Positions 8,273 to 18,025 of a stretch of 42,285 bases of DNA are shown here, piece by piece. The notes under the pieces are model-generated. The model was not told the origin of the DNA. It made no database searches and was given only the letters and a program-made list of their open reading frames with translations. Origin of the DNA: Pseudomonadota bacterium (GTDB lineage Bacteria; Bdellovibrionota; Bdellovibrionia; Bdellovibrionales; SG-bin7); contig JAWXAY010000036.1 of NCBI GenBank assembly GCA_034439715.1, positions 1 through 42,285 on the forward strand, written 5' to 3'. A program made the position numbers and the translations under genes. Within the stretch, counting starts at the first letter, position 1. Each line of letters starts with the position of its first letter.

Positions 8273-8593
8273 ATGCAAGAACAAGAACTGCTTGTTTCTA
8301 GCGTGCCTCGCGCGCTCGAGATGAAAAGTAAAATATTTGGTTTTGAAACCCCCGACCTCTTGATCATTTTTTTGAATATGACTTTGATGAATCTTGTCTT
8401 CGGTACAACGAGTTTTAGGTATCCGCTCGTCTGGGGCACAACTTTGTCGCTGGCGCTTTTCTTGTTTTTCGCAAAACGCGGAAAGCCTGATAACTACCTT
8501 CAACATCTTGGCGAATACATTTCGCAAGATGCTCATAAGGTCGCTGGTGGCAGAGATTTAAAGTACCGAAAATTTATGAAAGGACAGATATGA
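8273..8593 (+). CDS. virB3: VirB3/TraL-like inner membrane protein
   Basis: ~106 aa, two TM segments, KPDNYLQH motif; lies between pilin and VirB4 and overlaps the virB4 start. Confidence 0.7.
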   Translation: MQEQELLVSSVPRALEMKSKIFGFETPDLLIIFLNMTLMNLVFGTTSFRYPLVWGTTLSLALFLFFAKRGKPDNYLQHLGEYISQDAHKVAGGRDLKYRKFMKGQI

Positions 8594-11100
8594 ATAATTA
8601 CAAAGAAAAGGAGGCTTCTCTTTCTGAGGAGCTTCCTTATTGGGATTTTTTTAGCGAACCTAAGCCGCATGCTGTGTTAATTGATGGCTCTGTAGTGGCA
8701 GGGCTTGAAATGACCCTTGCCGATATTGAGTGTTTTGATGAGCGTGAAACAAATCAATTCACCGCAGGACTCAGGTCAGCGCTCAATTCAATTTCTGAAA
8801 ATACGACTGTGCAATTTGTTTTATCTGTCAGGTCTGACTATTCAGATGCAATTGAAAAACATGTTTCTGGAAAAAATCAGGAGGCGCACAGTCTTGTAAA
8901 AAAAATTGCAGCCTTTCGCGAACACAAATTACAAGCTTTGCAAGATTCGGGCGAACTATACCGCCCAAATCTTCGTGTTTATGTACGCGTAAAGCCCGTC
9001 CCATCTAAAAAAGTAAGTATCTTTAAAAAAAGGGAGGTTTTTTCTCAAGTCACAAAAGACGCTTACTATGAAACGCTTGAAAATTTAAATCAAAACCTTG
9101 AAAATTTTATTTCATCATTTGGTACCCTTGGTATTCAGAGTAGGCAGCTCACAAAAGATGAAATGCTTACACACATTTATCGGTTTTTAAATCCGAAGAG
9201 ATCTAAAACTGAACCAACACCGTCCGTGAAAACTTCATCTGAACCTGACTTGAGTGAAGAGTTGCTTAACGAAGCAGGTTGGCTAGCAAACTCTTCGCCG
9301 CGTGAACAGCTTTTATTTGGCGATCTCGTCTTAGGTTTCGACCAATTTACGCTCGATCAGTATCACCATAGACTTGTGACACTGAAAACTCTTCCTGAAA
9401 TGACTTATGCTGGCCAGTTTGCTGGTTTTTTACGTATGTCGTTTCACTATGATTTGATTCTATCGTTTGAAGTGCCAAATCAAAGTAATGAAATGGCAAA
9501 ACTTCAGCAAAAAAGAAAAATGGCGCATTCACTAGCCGTAACTCAGGCCGGTCGCGCAAGTGATTTAGAAAGTGAAAGCAAACTTTCAAGTATTGAAGAA
9601 TTAATTCGTGATCTGCTAAATACAGGTCAGCGGATTTATGCAGTGCAGATGACTGTTGTTCTAAAGGCCGAAGCCACTCCTGACGGCAATAAAAAGCTAA
9701 ACCGTGAAGTTCGGGAAGTCCTATCAAGATTCAGAGCACTACAAGGTGCGGAAGGACTTGAGGAGTCTGTTGGATCTTGGAAAGTGTTAAAAGGTAATCT
9801 TCCGGCGGCACCAATAAATCTTGAACGGGCCAGGAAGATGAAAACCAATAATCTGGCAGATTTTTTACCAGTGTATGGGCCACAAGAGGGAGATAAAGAT
9901 CCTGTTGTTATTTTCAGAAATCGTTTGAATGGTTTAGTCGGATTTAACAGCTTCGATCCAAATCTTCCGAATTTCAACTCGCTGGTGACCGGGTCATCTG
10001 GATCTGGAAAAAGTTTCTTGAACAATTGCATTTTGATGCAGGAGCTTGCCAGGGATCTTCGGGTATTCATTATAGACATCGGTGGATCATACAAAAAAAT
10101 CACTGAATGTCTGGGCGGTCAATACTTAGAGATCAATCTTTCAGACCAATACCGAATTAATCCTTTTGATTTAGCCAACCCATTTGAGGAGCCAAGTAAT
10201 CAAAAGCTCAAATCGTTACTAGCAATTGTTGAAACGATGGTCGCTGAGGATGAAAAAACAAAATTGCCAAAGCTTGATCGTGCGCTTTTAGAAAAAGCAA
10301 TTATTGAGCTTTATAAATCGCGAAGAGCGAAGGGCGAAGTTCCAGTTATGACAGATCTTGCAAAATATCTATCAGTTTTTGAGGAAGACAATATGCGGGC
10401 CATTTCAAAGATGCTTTACCTTTGGACTGGCGAGCGTCCCTACGGACGACTGCTTGATGGTCACGGAAGTCTAAGAACAGACGCGCCGATTTGCACTTTT
10501 GATTTGAAAGGACTATCGAGTTATCCAGACCTTCAAAGCGTGATGGTTTTAATTCTGACTGATTTTATTCTGTCGCAGGTTGAAAATGATCGAACCAGAA
10601 AAAAACGAATCATCTTGGACGAAGCTTGGGAGCTTTTAAAATCTTCGGCGTCAGCAAACTTCATGGAGTATTGCGCAAGAACACTTCGAAAAACTGGAAG
10701 TGGAATTACGTTCATCACCCAAGGAGTCGAAGAAATTGTGGCAAGCGCCATAGGTCCGGCGATTTTGAATAACACAGCCACAAAATTTGTGATGCTTCAG
10801 CGTGGTGACACTGAGATTTTAAAAAATACTTTAAAACTCAATTCTCAAGAAATTGCGCTAATTCATTCACTTGAACAACGAAAAGGTGTATTTTCAGAGG
10901 GGTTCATGATTGAGGGCGACCAAAGACAGGTTGTTCGGATTTATCCAAGTCCCTTTGAATACTGGCTTTCAACAAGCGACGCTCAAGACAATAATTATTT
11001 GGATCAATTAAAAAAACAAAATCTGACTTTGGTCGAAGCAATCGAGAAAGCTGCAATCGAATTTCCTCAAGGAATTGCCGTTGGCAGAAAGGCGGCTTGA
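8590..11100 (+). CDS. virB4: VirB4/TraC-family T4SS ATPase
   Basis: 836 aa; Walker A GSSGSGKS, IIDIGGSY, INPFD, Walker B LDEAW, RK..G..FITQ. Confidence 0.95.
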   Translation: MNNYKEKEASLSEELPYWDFFSEPKPHAVLIDGSVVAGLEMTLADIECFDERETNQFTAGLRSALNSISENTTVQFVLSVRSDYSDAIEKHVSGKNQEAHSLVKKIAAFREHKLQALQDSGELYRPNLRVYVRVKPVPSKKVSIFKKREVFSQVTKDAYYETLENLNQNLENFISSFGTLGIQSRQLTKDEMLTHIYRFLNPKRSKTEPTPSVKTSSEPDLSEELLNEAGWLANSSPREQLLFGDLVLGFDQFTLDQYHHRLVTLKTLPEMTYAGQFAGFLRMSFHYDLILSFEVPNQSNEMAKLQQKRKMAHSLAVTQAGRASDLESESKLSSIEELIRDLLNTGQRIYAVQMTVVLKAEATPDGNKKLNREVREVLSRFRALQGAEGLEESVGSWKVLKGNLPAAPINLERARKMKTNNLADFLPVYGPQEGDKDPVVIFRNRLNGLVGFNSFDPNLPNFNSLVTGSSGSGKSFLNNCILMQELARDLRVFIIDIGGSYKKITECLGGQYLEINLSDQYRINPFDLANPFEEPSNQKLKSLLAIVETMVAEDEKTKLPKLDRALLEKAIIELYKSRRAKGEVPVMTDLAKYLSVFEEDNMRAISKMLYLWTGERPYGRLLDGHGSLRTDAPICTFDLKGLSSYPDLQSVMVLILTDFILSQVENDRTRKKRIILDEAWELLKSSASANFMEYCARTLRKTGSGITFITQGVEEIVASAIGPAILNNTATKFVMLQRGDTEILKNTLKLNSQEIALIHSLEQRKGVFSEGFMIEGDQRQVVRIYPSPFEYWLSTSDAQDNNYLDQLKKQNLTLVEAIEKAAIEFPQGIAVGRKAA

Positions 11101-11810
11101 TGAAAAGAATTAAAACGCTGATCGTCGCAGGTGTGATGAGTGTGGTCTTTGCATTTCCAAACAAAGCAAAGGCCGATCTTTTTGGCGCTGATGTTGCTGT
11201 GCTGGTGCAAATTTTAGCACAAGCTATTGCGCAACTTGTACAGCTTAAACAAATTTTGAGCACAGGCGGCGACACATTGGATCTTATGCGTGATATTAAC
11301 CGAGGCATTAGGGATGGACTCACCGTTCTTCTGATGATTAATCCGAAGTTTAATCCAGGTCTTTATGGCAACTTAGACACAGCAGACCGAGTGCTCGACA
11401 CCATACAATCTATTTACGGAAAAATTCCCCAAACTGCCGAGGCAAGGCTTCAGGCGGCACAGGATCAGTCAGTTTCTGAAAGTATCGCGATGAACGGAAC
11501 TTTGTTCAAATTCGCTGATGAAGCCGACGACGAAAGTAAAAGAATTTTTAGTCATTCGCAATCAGTGAGTCCACAAGGGGCTGCAAAACTAACAGCCCAA
11601 AGTGTGGCTGTTTTGATTGGCGTTACCACACAAGTGCTCAGAACAAATTCGATGATGCTTAAAATGATGGGCGAAAATATGGCCCTAGCAAATCGAAAAG
11701 AAAAATTGAAATCCGCACAATTTAAAACTGAATACGACGGTCTTTCTTCGGCTTTAGGAAACTTGCCAAGGGAAACCAACATTAAGCCGCTTAATAGTGG
11801 AGGTAACTGA
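11097..11810 (+). CDS. VirB5/TrbJ-like secreted T4SS component
   Basis: Signal peptide ending AKA|D, Gln-rich helical N-terminus, position between virB4 and the virB6-like gene. Confidence 0.6.
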   Translation: MMKRIKTLIVAGVMSVVFAFPNKAKADLFGADVAVLVQILAQAIAQLVQLKQILSTGGDTLDLMRDINRGIRDGLTVLLMINPKFNPGLYGNLDTADRVLDTIQSIYGKIPQTAEARLQAAQDQSVSESIAMNGTLFKFADEADDESKRIFSHSQSVSPQGAAKLTAQSVAVLIGVTTQVLRTNSMMLKMMGENMALANRKEKLKSAQFKTEYDGLSSALGNLPRETNIKPLNSGGN

Positions 11811-12673
11811 TGCCTGATTGGAATGTGCTTGGCTCATTGATGACTGAGCTTCACCAAGAGTTCGTAAGAATTTACTATTTAATGCTCCCAGTTTTTTTTG
11901 CGCTATCGGTTGCGGTCACTTGGTTTAGGCATCCACAAGGCAGTATTGAATTTATTGACGTATTAAAACGAGCTGTGATTTCAACTTTGCTGCTGGTTGC
12001 ATTTCCAGAGATCACAAAAGCAATTGTTTTTGTTGCTGATGGAATAGTTGAAAGAATTGATGCGATTAATAGTCTCGATAACTTTATGAGAATGGCGCAA
12101 GAAAAATCACAAAGTTACTCGTTTACGCCAACAAGTATTCTTCTTCAGTTTGATGATCTGATTATAGCAGCGCTGGCTTTCTTGAGTTACTTGGTTTTAT
12201 ACATTGCAAGATTTCTGACAATAGCAATGTATCATTTTTACTGGATATTCTACACAGTCATTGCTCCCCTGCTTTTGCTGTTTAATATGTTTTCGTCCAC
12301 CAGTCAGATTACGAAGAATTTATTCAAAGGGATGATCGAAGTCGCTTCATGGAAAATTGTGTGGGCAGTACTTGGAGCAATGCTAACCGCATTATCATTT
12401 AGTAAGATTTATCAAATTGAAGGAAATTACATCACACTCATAGCAATGAATTTCATTATTACTATTGCCATGCTGATGACACCAAAAATTGTAAGCGCAA
12501 TTGTGGGTCATGGATTTCATGCAGAGGCTACAAGTCTAGGCGCTGTAGCAACAGCCGCAGCAGTCGCTGCACCGGCAAGGGCTATGATGGTTAAAGCTCT
12601 GGGCTCTGAAGTTGTGAGAAATACATCATCATTTTCAAAAAGTGCAATTAACAAATTTAAAGGAAACAAATGA
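11810..12673 (+). CDS. VirB6/TrbL-like polytopic membrane protein
   Basis: Five to six hydrophobic segments, IAPLLL, Ala-rich tail; canonical position. Confidence 0.7.
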   Translation: MPDWNVLGSLMTELHQEFVRIYYLMLPVFFALSVAVTWFRHPQGSIEFIDVLKRAVISTLLLVAFPEITKAIVFVADGIVERIDAINSLDNFMRMAQEKSQSYSFTPTSILLQFDDLIIAALAFLSYLVLYIARFLTIAMYHFYWIFYTVIAPLLLLFNMFSSTSQITKNLFKGMIEVASWKIVWAVLGAMLTALSFSKIYQIEGNYITLIAMNFIITIAMLMTPKIVSAIVGHGFHAEATSLGAVATAAAVAAPARAMMVKALGSEVVRNTSSFSKSAINKFKGNK

Positions 12674-13257
12674 ATACAATAATAAAATTGGAGACGGCAA
12701 AACTGCCGAAAGCTCTTTCTGACCTACTTCACTCGAATCAATTTCTGAAACTTTTTTCTCTTTGCGCTGTTGGAGTGTCTGGGCTATCACTGATTTTAAA
12801 CCTTGTAATAATAAATAAGGCTCCGCTGGTTCTAACTTTAGCTGTTGATGCGAGGCAAATCGAACAGCGGGAGATGCCAAAACCTGATGATGAAATAAAA
12901 ACTGCAATCAAAAGATATATTGAGCTTCGCTATAAATGGGAGCCAACGTCAGTTAAGGAAAGATTAAAGCTTGCGGAGGCTTTTATTGCGCCACAAAGCC
13001 TTACCGCCTACCTGTCGGCAACAGCCAATGTTGCAAAATTTTCGGTTGACCGCCAAGTCATGCAGCGAGTTTATCCAGATAAAATTGAGGTTAATTTAGA
13101 AAAGAAAACTGTCTCTATTTTCGGCGACCGTGTGACCGCTATTCAAGGACTAAAAGCTGCGGGAGATTTGAAACTGGAGCTAAGTTTTGATAGCGGGCCG
13201 AGAACTAGACTTAATCCTTGGGGTATTTATGTTGTTAAAGAGCGCGAAGAGCAATAA
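12670..13257 (+). CDS. VirB8/TrbF-like protein
   Basis: Single N-terminal TM and C-terminal RTRLNPWGIYV, matching the VirB8 NPxGxxV motif. Confidence 0.75.
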   Translation: MNTIIKLETAKLPKALSDLLHSNQFLKLFSLCAVGVSGLSLILNLVIINKAPLVLTLAVDARQIEQREMPKPDDEIKTAIKRYIELRYKWEPTSVKERLKLAEAFIAPQSLTAYLSATANVAKFSVDRQVMQRVYPDKIEVNLEKKTVSIFGDRVTAIQGLKAAGDLKLELSFDSGPRTRLNPWGIYVVKEREEQ

Positions 13258-13312
13258 AGAGATTGCCATAAAAAGATTTGAGTTAAATTCACATATATAT
13301 TTTGGAGATTCA

Positions 13313-14026
13313 ATGAATTTATTTCTCTGGATTTTGTTGGTTGCATTTCCCGTTGCATCGTTCGCATCTCAACGTGTTCGGCACGTTGTTGTTCAAAAAG
13401 ATCAAATTATTACTGTCAGAACGGCAATTGGAATTGCGACCATTATTCAAGTGCCTGACCGACCAAATAGTGTCGTTGTCGGCGATCAAAATGCGTTTAA
13501 AGTTGAGTACCTTGACCAAGCCATCACAATCAAACCTTTACACGGAGGAGCAAAAAGCAATCTTTACGTCTATACCGATTGGCGAAGATACAATGTGCAG
13601 CTCATAACTGGATCAGAACCAAGTGCTGACTACGTTGTTTATCTCGATGGTCAAAAAGAAAAGCCAAAAGAAATTAAATCCACAGTCCACTGGATGAATA
13701 TTTCAAAAGAAATAAATGATGGCTCTCTAACCCTTAAGCTAAAGCGAATAAGTAAATCAAAAGATTTGTTGACGGCTGATTTTGAGTTCCAATCATCAGC
13801 GCGAGATAAAATTGATCCATCGTGGATTTGGATTACTCAGTCTGGAAAAACAAAACCGATCCATAATCTGATATTTTCAAGTTTTGAGGTGAAAGCCACG
13901 CAAAACGTAAAAGTCTTGATGCAAATTTTAAGATCCGATCTTGATGAATCAATCTCTTTTAAAATCGAATTGAGGCGAAAGAAAACCACTTATTTAACCT
14001 TACCTAAGGTGAGTTCATGGAAGTAA
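13313..14026 (+). CDS. VirB9/TrbG-like core complex protein
   Basis: Signal peptide from ATG 13313 (RBS GGAG); ATIIQ...VVGD...ITIKP...SNLYVYTD.RRY pattern. Confidence 0.75.
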   Translation: MNLFLWILLVAFPVASFASQRVRHVVVQKDQIITVRTAIGIATIIQVPDRPNSVVVGDQNAFKVEYLDQAITIKPLHGGAKSNLYVYTDWRRYNVQLITGSEPSADYVVYLDGQKEKPKEIKSTVHWMNISKEINDGSLTLKLKRISKSKDLLTADFEFQSSARDKIDPSWIWITQSGKTKPIHNLIFSSFEVKATQNVKVLMQILRSDLDESISFKIELRRKKTTYLTLPKVSSWK

Positions 14027-14982
14027 CAAAAAATCAAAATTGGTTTTCGCGGATCTTTTTTAAAGAGGCCAAGCCATTCATTGCAAAGCAAGACATTAAC
14101 TGGAGGCGTATATCTCATGCTGGCGTTGTCTCAGTGGTAGTTCTTGTGGTCGTTTTGTTGCTGCTGCCTGAGTCAAAGCTACTAACAGCAGATTTTCATG
14201 AGAAGGCTGATATTGGTTCGGTCGGAGCTTCAAAATCTATTGAGGGAGATCCGACAAATGATGCTTTGGCACAACTTGAGCAAAGCCAAATGAATGCGAG
14301 ATCAGTGCCTAGTTCTAAAGATTATTTGGGCCAGTCATCTGGTAGTGGTGCCTCCTCCAGCGGACCAGATCGTAGCAGTTCGATGATAATTGCCAGAAGT
14401 GGTGTCGATGGAAAAACGCAACTTCCAGCAGGAACAAGACTGTCTATCAAACTTGCGCATAAAATTATTGTTTCAAACCAAGCGATGCCAATCATTGGAA
14501 TTGTTACAAAAGAGGTTGTTCACGAAGATTCGGTCGCTATTCCGCAAGAGGCTAAAATTTTTGGCGAAGCTTCATTTGATGATAGTTCTGATCGAGCGCA
14601 AGTTTCTTGGAAGTCAGTGCAATTTCCTGATGGCAGAGAACGTCAACTGTCTGCCGTGGGTATTTCAGCAGATGGACAAGGCGGTGTTGAAGGTAAAACT
14701 CATTCTGAGGCTCTTAAAAATACAGTTGGATTAACGCTGACAAAATTTATTGGTGCCTATGCAGAGGGCTCAATACAAAGGGGTCCTTTTGGCGCAAATG
14801 CCGGTGGCGACGGCAATGGAATGAGGAATGCCGTAGCGGAAACTGCAAAAGATCGCGCAGATAGCTGGGCACATGACCTTCAAAAAGAGAAAAAATGGAT
14901 TGTGTTAGAAGCGGGCAATGAATCATTGGCGGTGCTCTCGACCGCTTTTGTATTTAGAGATCCGGGCGCCTATGGAAGATAA
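14017..14982 (+). CDS. VirB10/TrbI-like core complex protein
   Basis: N-terminal TM, low-complexity linker, LPAGT...AIPQEAKIFG...RAQVSW...DGQGGVEG domain. Confidence 0.85.
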   Translation: MEVTKNQNWFSRIFFKEAKPFIAKQDINWRRISHAGVVSVVVLVVVLLLLPESKLLTADFHEKADIGSVGASKSIEGDPTNDALAQLEQSQMNARSVPSSKDYLGQSSGSGASSSGPDRSSSMIIARSGVDGKTQLPAGTRLSIKLAHKIIVSNQAMPIIGIVTKEVVHEDSVAIPQEAKIFGEASFDDSSDRAQVSWKSVQFPDGRERQLSAVGISADGQGGVEGKTHSEALKNTVGLTLTKFIGAYAEGSIQRGPFGANAGGDGNGMRNAVAETAKDRADSWAHDLQKEKKWIVLEAGNESLAVLSTAFVFRDPGAYGR

Positions 14983-16576
14983 CAGCAACGGCAAATTGAA
15001 CGGGTCCGATTATTCTCTAATGGTTGGAGCTGGTGTTATTTTTGTTGCCGCGCTTATTGATAAATTTTTTCAGTGGTGGGTACTCTGGATCAAAAACCCA
15101 CTTAATCAAATATATGTCTCAGTGGTAGCGGGGCTTCTGGTTTTTTATTTATACATTTTTATTTCACGAAAGGCTGAGGCATATGTCGATAAAATCAAAA
15201 AAGAAAATGCAATAACCGGTAATGATAAGAATGCCGTCTTTTGTGGATTTACAGACAAGCGCAAGGCGGTATTCATTAAACCAAAACAACGAGCTATGCA
15301 CACTCAAGTTATTGGTACTACAAACGCGGGCAAAACCGAGTCTGTTATTCTTCCCTGGGCGATTCAAGATATGCAGCAAGGGCGTGGCCTCGTGCTTATT
15401 GATGGAAAATCAGACCGATCACTGCTTAATAAGCTTTGGGCCTACGCGGTTCAATTGGGCCGAGAAAAAGATTTTAGACTATTTTCACTTGGCAATATTC
15501 CCGAGTCCTATCAATTTAATCCGCTCATAGGCGGCACAACTGAGGAAGCTGCAGAGCGAGTTTTTAATGCCTTTGAATTTGATAATCAGCATTACAGAAG
15601 TGTTCAGTTCGAAATATTTTCACAATTCTTGAGAATATTTGAAACCCTAGGTCAATTGCCAACTTTTTTGAAGCTGCATCAAGCCATTAGCCAACCAGCA
15701 AGAGTCAATGCCCTGATGAAAGATCGACCAAATGACTCGCTCAAACAGTGGCTGAAGAACTTTATTGAAATTCCCGCGAGCGACCGAGTTCAGAGTACCA
15801 GCGGCTTGACTGCGGCGTTAAGCCATTTTGCATTCGGCAAAACATCGGTTCTATACAATACTGAAAGTCCGACAATTCAACTTGAAGAAGCCCTAGCAAA
15901 GAATCAGATCATTTATTTTCAACTTCCAGTGCTACTGACACCCTTCTTAGGAAAAGCTACTGGCAAGATGGTGCTTCAGTCTTTACAGTCTGCAATTGCC
16001 AATCGCCACCGAGGAGAAAACAGGACCCCAAACTTTTACTCTGTTTTCTTGGATGATTTTACTGAGTATTTGTACGAGGGCTTTGTCTCAGTACTTAACA
16101 AAAGCCGCAGTGCCAATGTTGGGATTGTATTCGCTCATCAAGCTTTAGGAGACTTAAAAACTCTTGGTGATCCGATCGCAAATTCAATACTGACCAACTC
16201 AAATATTAAAATCATCATGCGTGGAAATGAACCTGACTCTGCCGAGTATTTTTCAAAAGTTATCGGAACCATAAAGTCAATCAAATATACTGAGCGAACA
16301 AAAAAAGGGATTTTAAGGCAAGAGGAAACTGGCGACGCCTCGGCACGCGAAGTCGAAGAATTTATTGTGCATCCAAATAAAATTAAAAATGAACTTGGTG
16401 TTGGTGAGGCCGTGATGGTTATTCCGCATGATGCTGGAAGTAAAACGATAAACATTAAGTTTCAAAAATTTGATGATTTACCTATTGAGCCGTTACCAAA
16501 AATTGAAAAAAAGATGCTCACGAACTTCGGACTACCTGAGTATATAAAAATAAAATCAAAGGATACAAATGACTAA
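14972..16576 (+). CDS. virD4: Type IV coupling protein (VirD4/TraD/TraG-like)
   Basis: Two N-terminal TM segments, HTQVIGTTNAGKT Walker A, IDGK, FNPL, FLDDF Walker B, KSRSA..AHQ. Confidence 0.9.
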   Translation: MEDNSNGKLNGSDYSLMVGAGVIFVAALIDKFFQWWVLWIKNPLNQIYVSVVAGLLVFYLYIFISRKAEAYVDKIKKENAITGNDKNAVFCGFTDKRKAVFIKPKQRAMHTQVIGTTNAGKTESVILPWAIQDMQQGRGLVLIDGKSDRSLLNKLWAYAVQLGREKDFRLFSLGNIPESYQFNPLIGGTTEEAAERVFNAFEFDNQHYRSVQFEIFSQFLRIFETLGQLPTFLKLHQAISQPARVNALMKDRPNDSLKQWLKNFIEIPASDRVQSTSGLTAALSHFAFGKTSVLYNTESPTIQLEEALAKNQIIYFQLPVLLTPFLGKATGKMVLQSLQSAIANRHRGENRTPNFYSVFLDDFTEYLYEGFVSVLNKSRSANVGIVFAHQALGDLKTLGDPIANSILTNSNIKIIMRGNEPDSAEYFSKVIGTIKSIKYTERTKKGILRQEETGDASAREVEEFIVHPNKIKNELGVGEAVMVIPHDAGSKTINIKFQKFDDLPIEPLPKIEKKMLTNFGLPEYIKIKSKDTND

Positions 16577-17021
16577 AGAAAGAAAACTATTTCTATATTT
16601 TTCTGCTGTTCACCTAGTCGCGCTTTCACTTGTGATGCTCTCAATCGGCTGCGCTACTGCCAACAAAAGCGCTGGCTTCGGCGGTGCCATTGGTGCTGGC
16701 ACAGGTGCTCTATTGGGCGGAATTGCTGACCCTGGAAAAAATGGAGAATACCGAACCAGAAATGTGTTTGTCGGGGCCACCCTTGGCGGAATGGCCGGAC
16801 TAATCACTGGCTCAGTTATTCATAAAGAAATGGACGAGCAGAAAAAAGAAGCTTTCCTGAAGGGGCGAGCGTCGTCCCCTCCGCAACAGGCAGGGGTGAT
16901 GCCGTCCCTAACCCAAGCAAAAGTTCGAACCGAATGGATCGAAAGTCGCGTGTCAGGGAACCGCTTTGTTGAAGGACACTTTGAGTATGTCATCGAGGAG
17001 CCTTCCCGCTGGGACCGTTAA
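16569..17021 (+). CDS. Glycine-zipper lipoprotein
   Basis: Lipobox SIGC; GGAIGAGTGALLGG and GATLGGMAG zippers. Confidence 0.75.
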   Translation: MTKERKLFLYFSAVHLVALSLVMLSIGCATANKSAGFGGAIGAGTGALLGGIADPGKNGEYRTRNVFVGATLGGMAGLITGSVIHKEMDEQKKEAFLKGRASSPPQQAGVMPSLTQAKVRTEWIESRVSGNRFVEGHFEYVIEEPSRWDR

Positions 17022-17035
17022 CCGGCCTTTTATGA

Positions 17036-17785
17036 ATGGAGCTATTAATGAAACCCTATGATCCATCTCCAGAAATTACCTTAGCGGTGAGAACTGGTTT
17101 TTTAAGCAAAGCTATCTGGCTAGAGTATTATGCGCCAAAAAATGAAAGGTGGAAAAATGAGCTTTGGAAAATTTTGGCCGCCAGGGGATATTTTTATCGC
17201 CACTATTCAAAAAGAGCACAAGACGTTTTTGTTCCAAACTCCAAACATCCTCTAGTTTTAAAAATTGCCGGTGACTCAATTACAATGGCACCTCCAGTTG
17301 GCGTAATTGATCATGATGAGACCGTAGTTAAAAGTTTTTTGAATTTAAAAAAACAAGATATCCTAGGGTCCGCCTATTTTGAAGGTGAATTAAAAAGGCA
17401 AGATTTAAGGTCACGAAGACACTACGATCCGACTGATCGAACAAAATATCCAGACCTTTTAATTAATCTCAAAGGACCTAATTCAAATAAGAAAATTGCC
17501 CTTGAGGTCGAGCTTTCTCGGAAAGAACCAAAGCGCTACCGGCAAATGATGAATTCTTTTATGGCGGCGAAGGATATCTCAACAATTGTTTTTATCACTA
17601 ATCTTGAGACGGTCAAAAATGGCATTAAGACCGCCATTCGCGAAACCTATTTTCCAGAATGGGAAAAGCCAATTGGCTTTGTAAGTCTTGATGATTGGCG
17701 AAGTGATCCTGCAAATGCGAACATTTCATTTTCTGAAACAAAACAAACTTTGAGGCAAATGAGCCAAACACTGATAAAAATTTGA
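17036..17785 (+). CDS. Replication-relaxation (Replic_Relax-like, PD-(D/E)xK) protein, candidate relaxase
   Basis: HD motif (IDHDE), YPDLLI, IALEVELSRKEPKRY; last gene of the transfer operon, after the coupling protein and lipoprotein. Confidence 0.65.
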   Translation: MELLMKPYDPSPEITLAVRTGFLSKAIWLEYYAPKNERWKNELWKILAARGYFYRHYSKRAQDVFVPNSKHPLVLKIAGDSITMAPPVGVIDHDETVVKSFLNLKKQDILGSAYFEGELKRQDLRSRRHYDPTDRTKYPDLLINLKGPNSNKKIALEVELSRKEPKRYRQMMNSFMAAKDISTIVFITNLETVKNGIKTAIRETYFPEWEKPIGFVSLDDWRSDPANANISFSETKQTLRQMSQTLIKI

Positions 17786-17792
17786 CTTAAAT

Positions 17793-17842
17793 ATCACAGT
17801 GGCATCACTCCGGCATCACTGCAAAGCAGAGTGATGTTTTTT
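17793..17842 (+). repeat. ATCAC repeats at 11-bp period plus an inverted copy and T-run (oriT binding sites and/or terminator)
   Basis: ATCAC at 17793, 17804 and 17815; GGCATCACT twice; CATCACT/AGTGATG inverted pair followed by TTTTTT. Confidence 0.55.
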
Positions 17843-17891
17843 AAAAAACAGAATTTTTGAAATTTAAAACCTGAGAATAAAATCAAATACA

Positions 17892-18008
17892 TACCCCCGC
17901 CGCCTTTCCTTGATCTTGTCCCCTGATCGTAGGAGACCCCTCTCCCCCAACGAGTAGTTGAGTGAAAGGGGTCTCCTACTGGTGACAAGAGGAAAGGCGG
18001 TGGGGGTA
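17892..18008. repeat. 117-nt GC-rich nested inverted repeat (long hairpin), candidate oriT/sso or structured RNA
   Basis: 17892-17910 pairs with 17990-18008 (18/19), 17915-17920 with 17984-17989, 17929-17941 with 17967-17979 (13/13), and CAAC/GTTG closes the loop. Confidence 0.85.
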
Positions 18009-18025
18009 ATAAAAGGAGTTAGAAT

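Noticed and set aside
8053..16807. Antisense and alternate-frame ORFs within the T4SS genes (e.g. 8053-8439, 9636-10103, 10904-11323, 16138-16455)
   Set aside because: Shadows of well-supported genes on the opposite strand or in another frame.
17794..17988. 64-aa minus-strand ORF over the hairpin
   Set aside because: Explained by the GC-rich inverted repeat; no RBS and no protein-like features.
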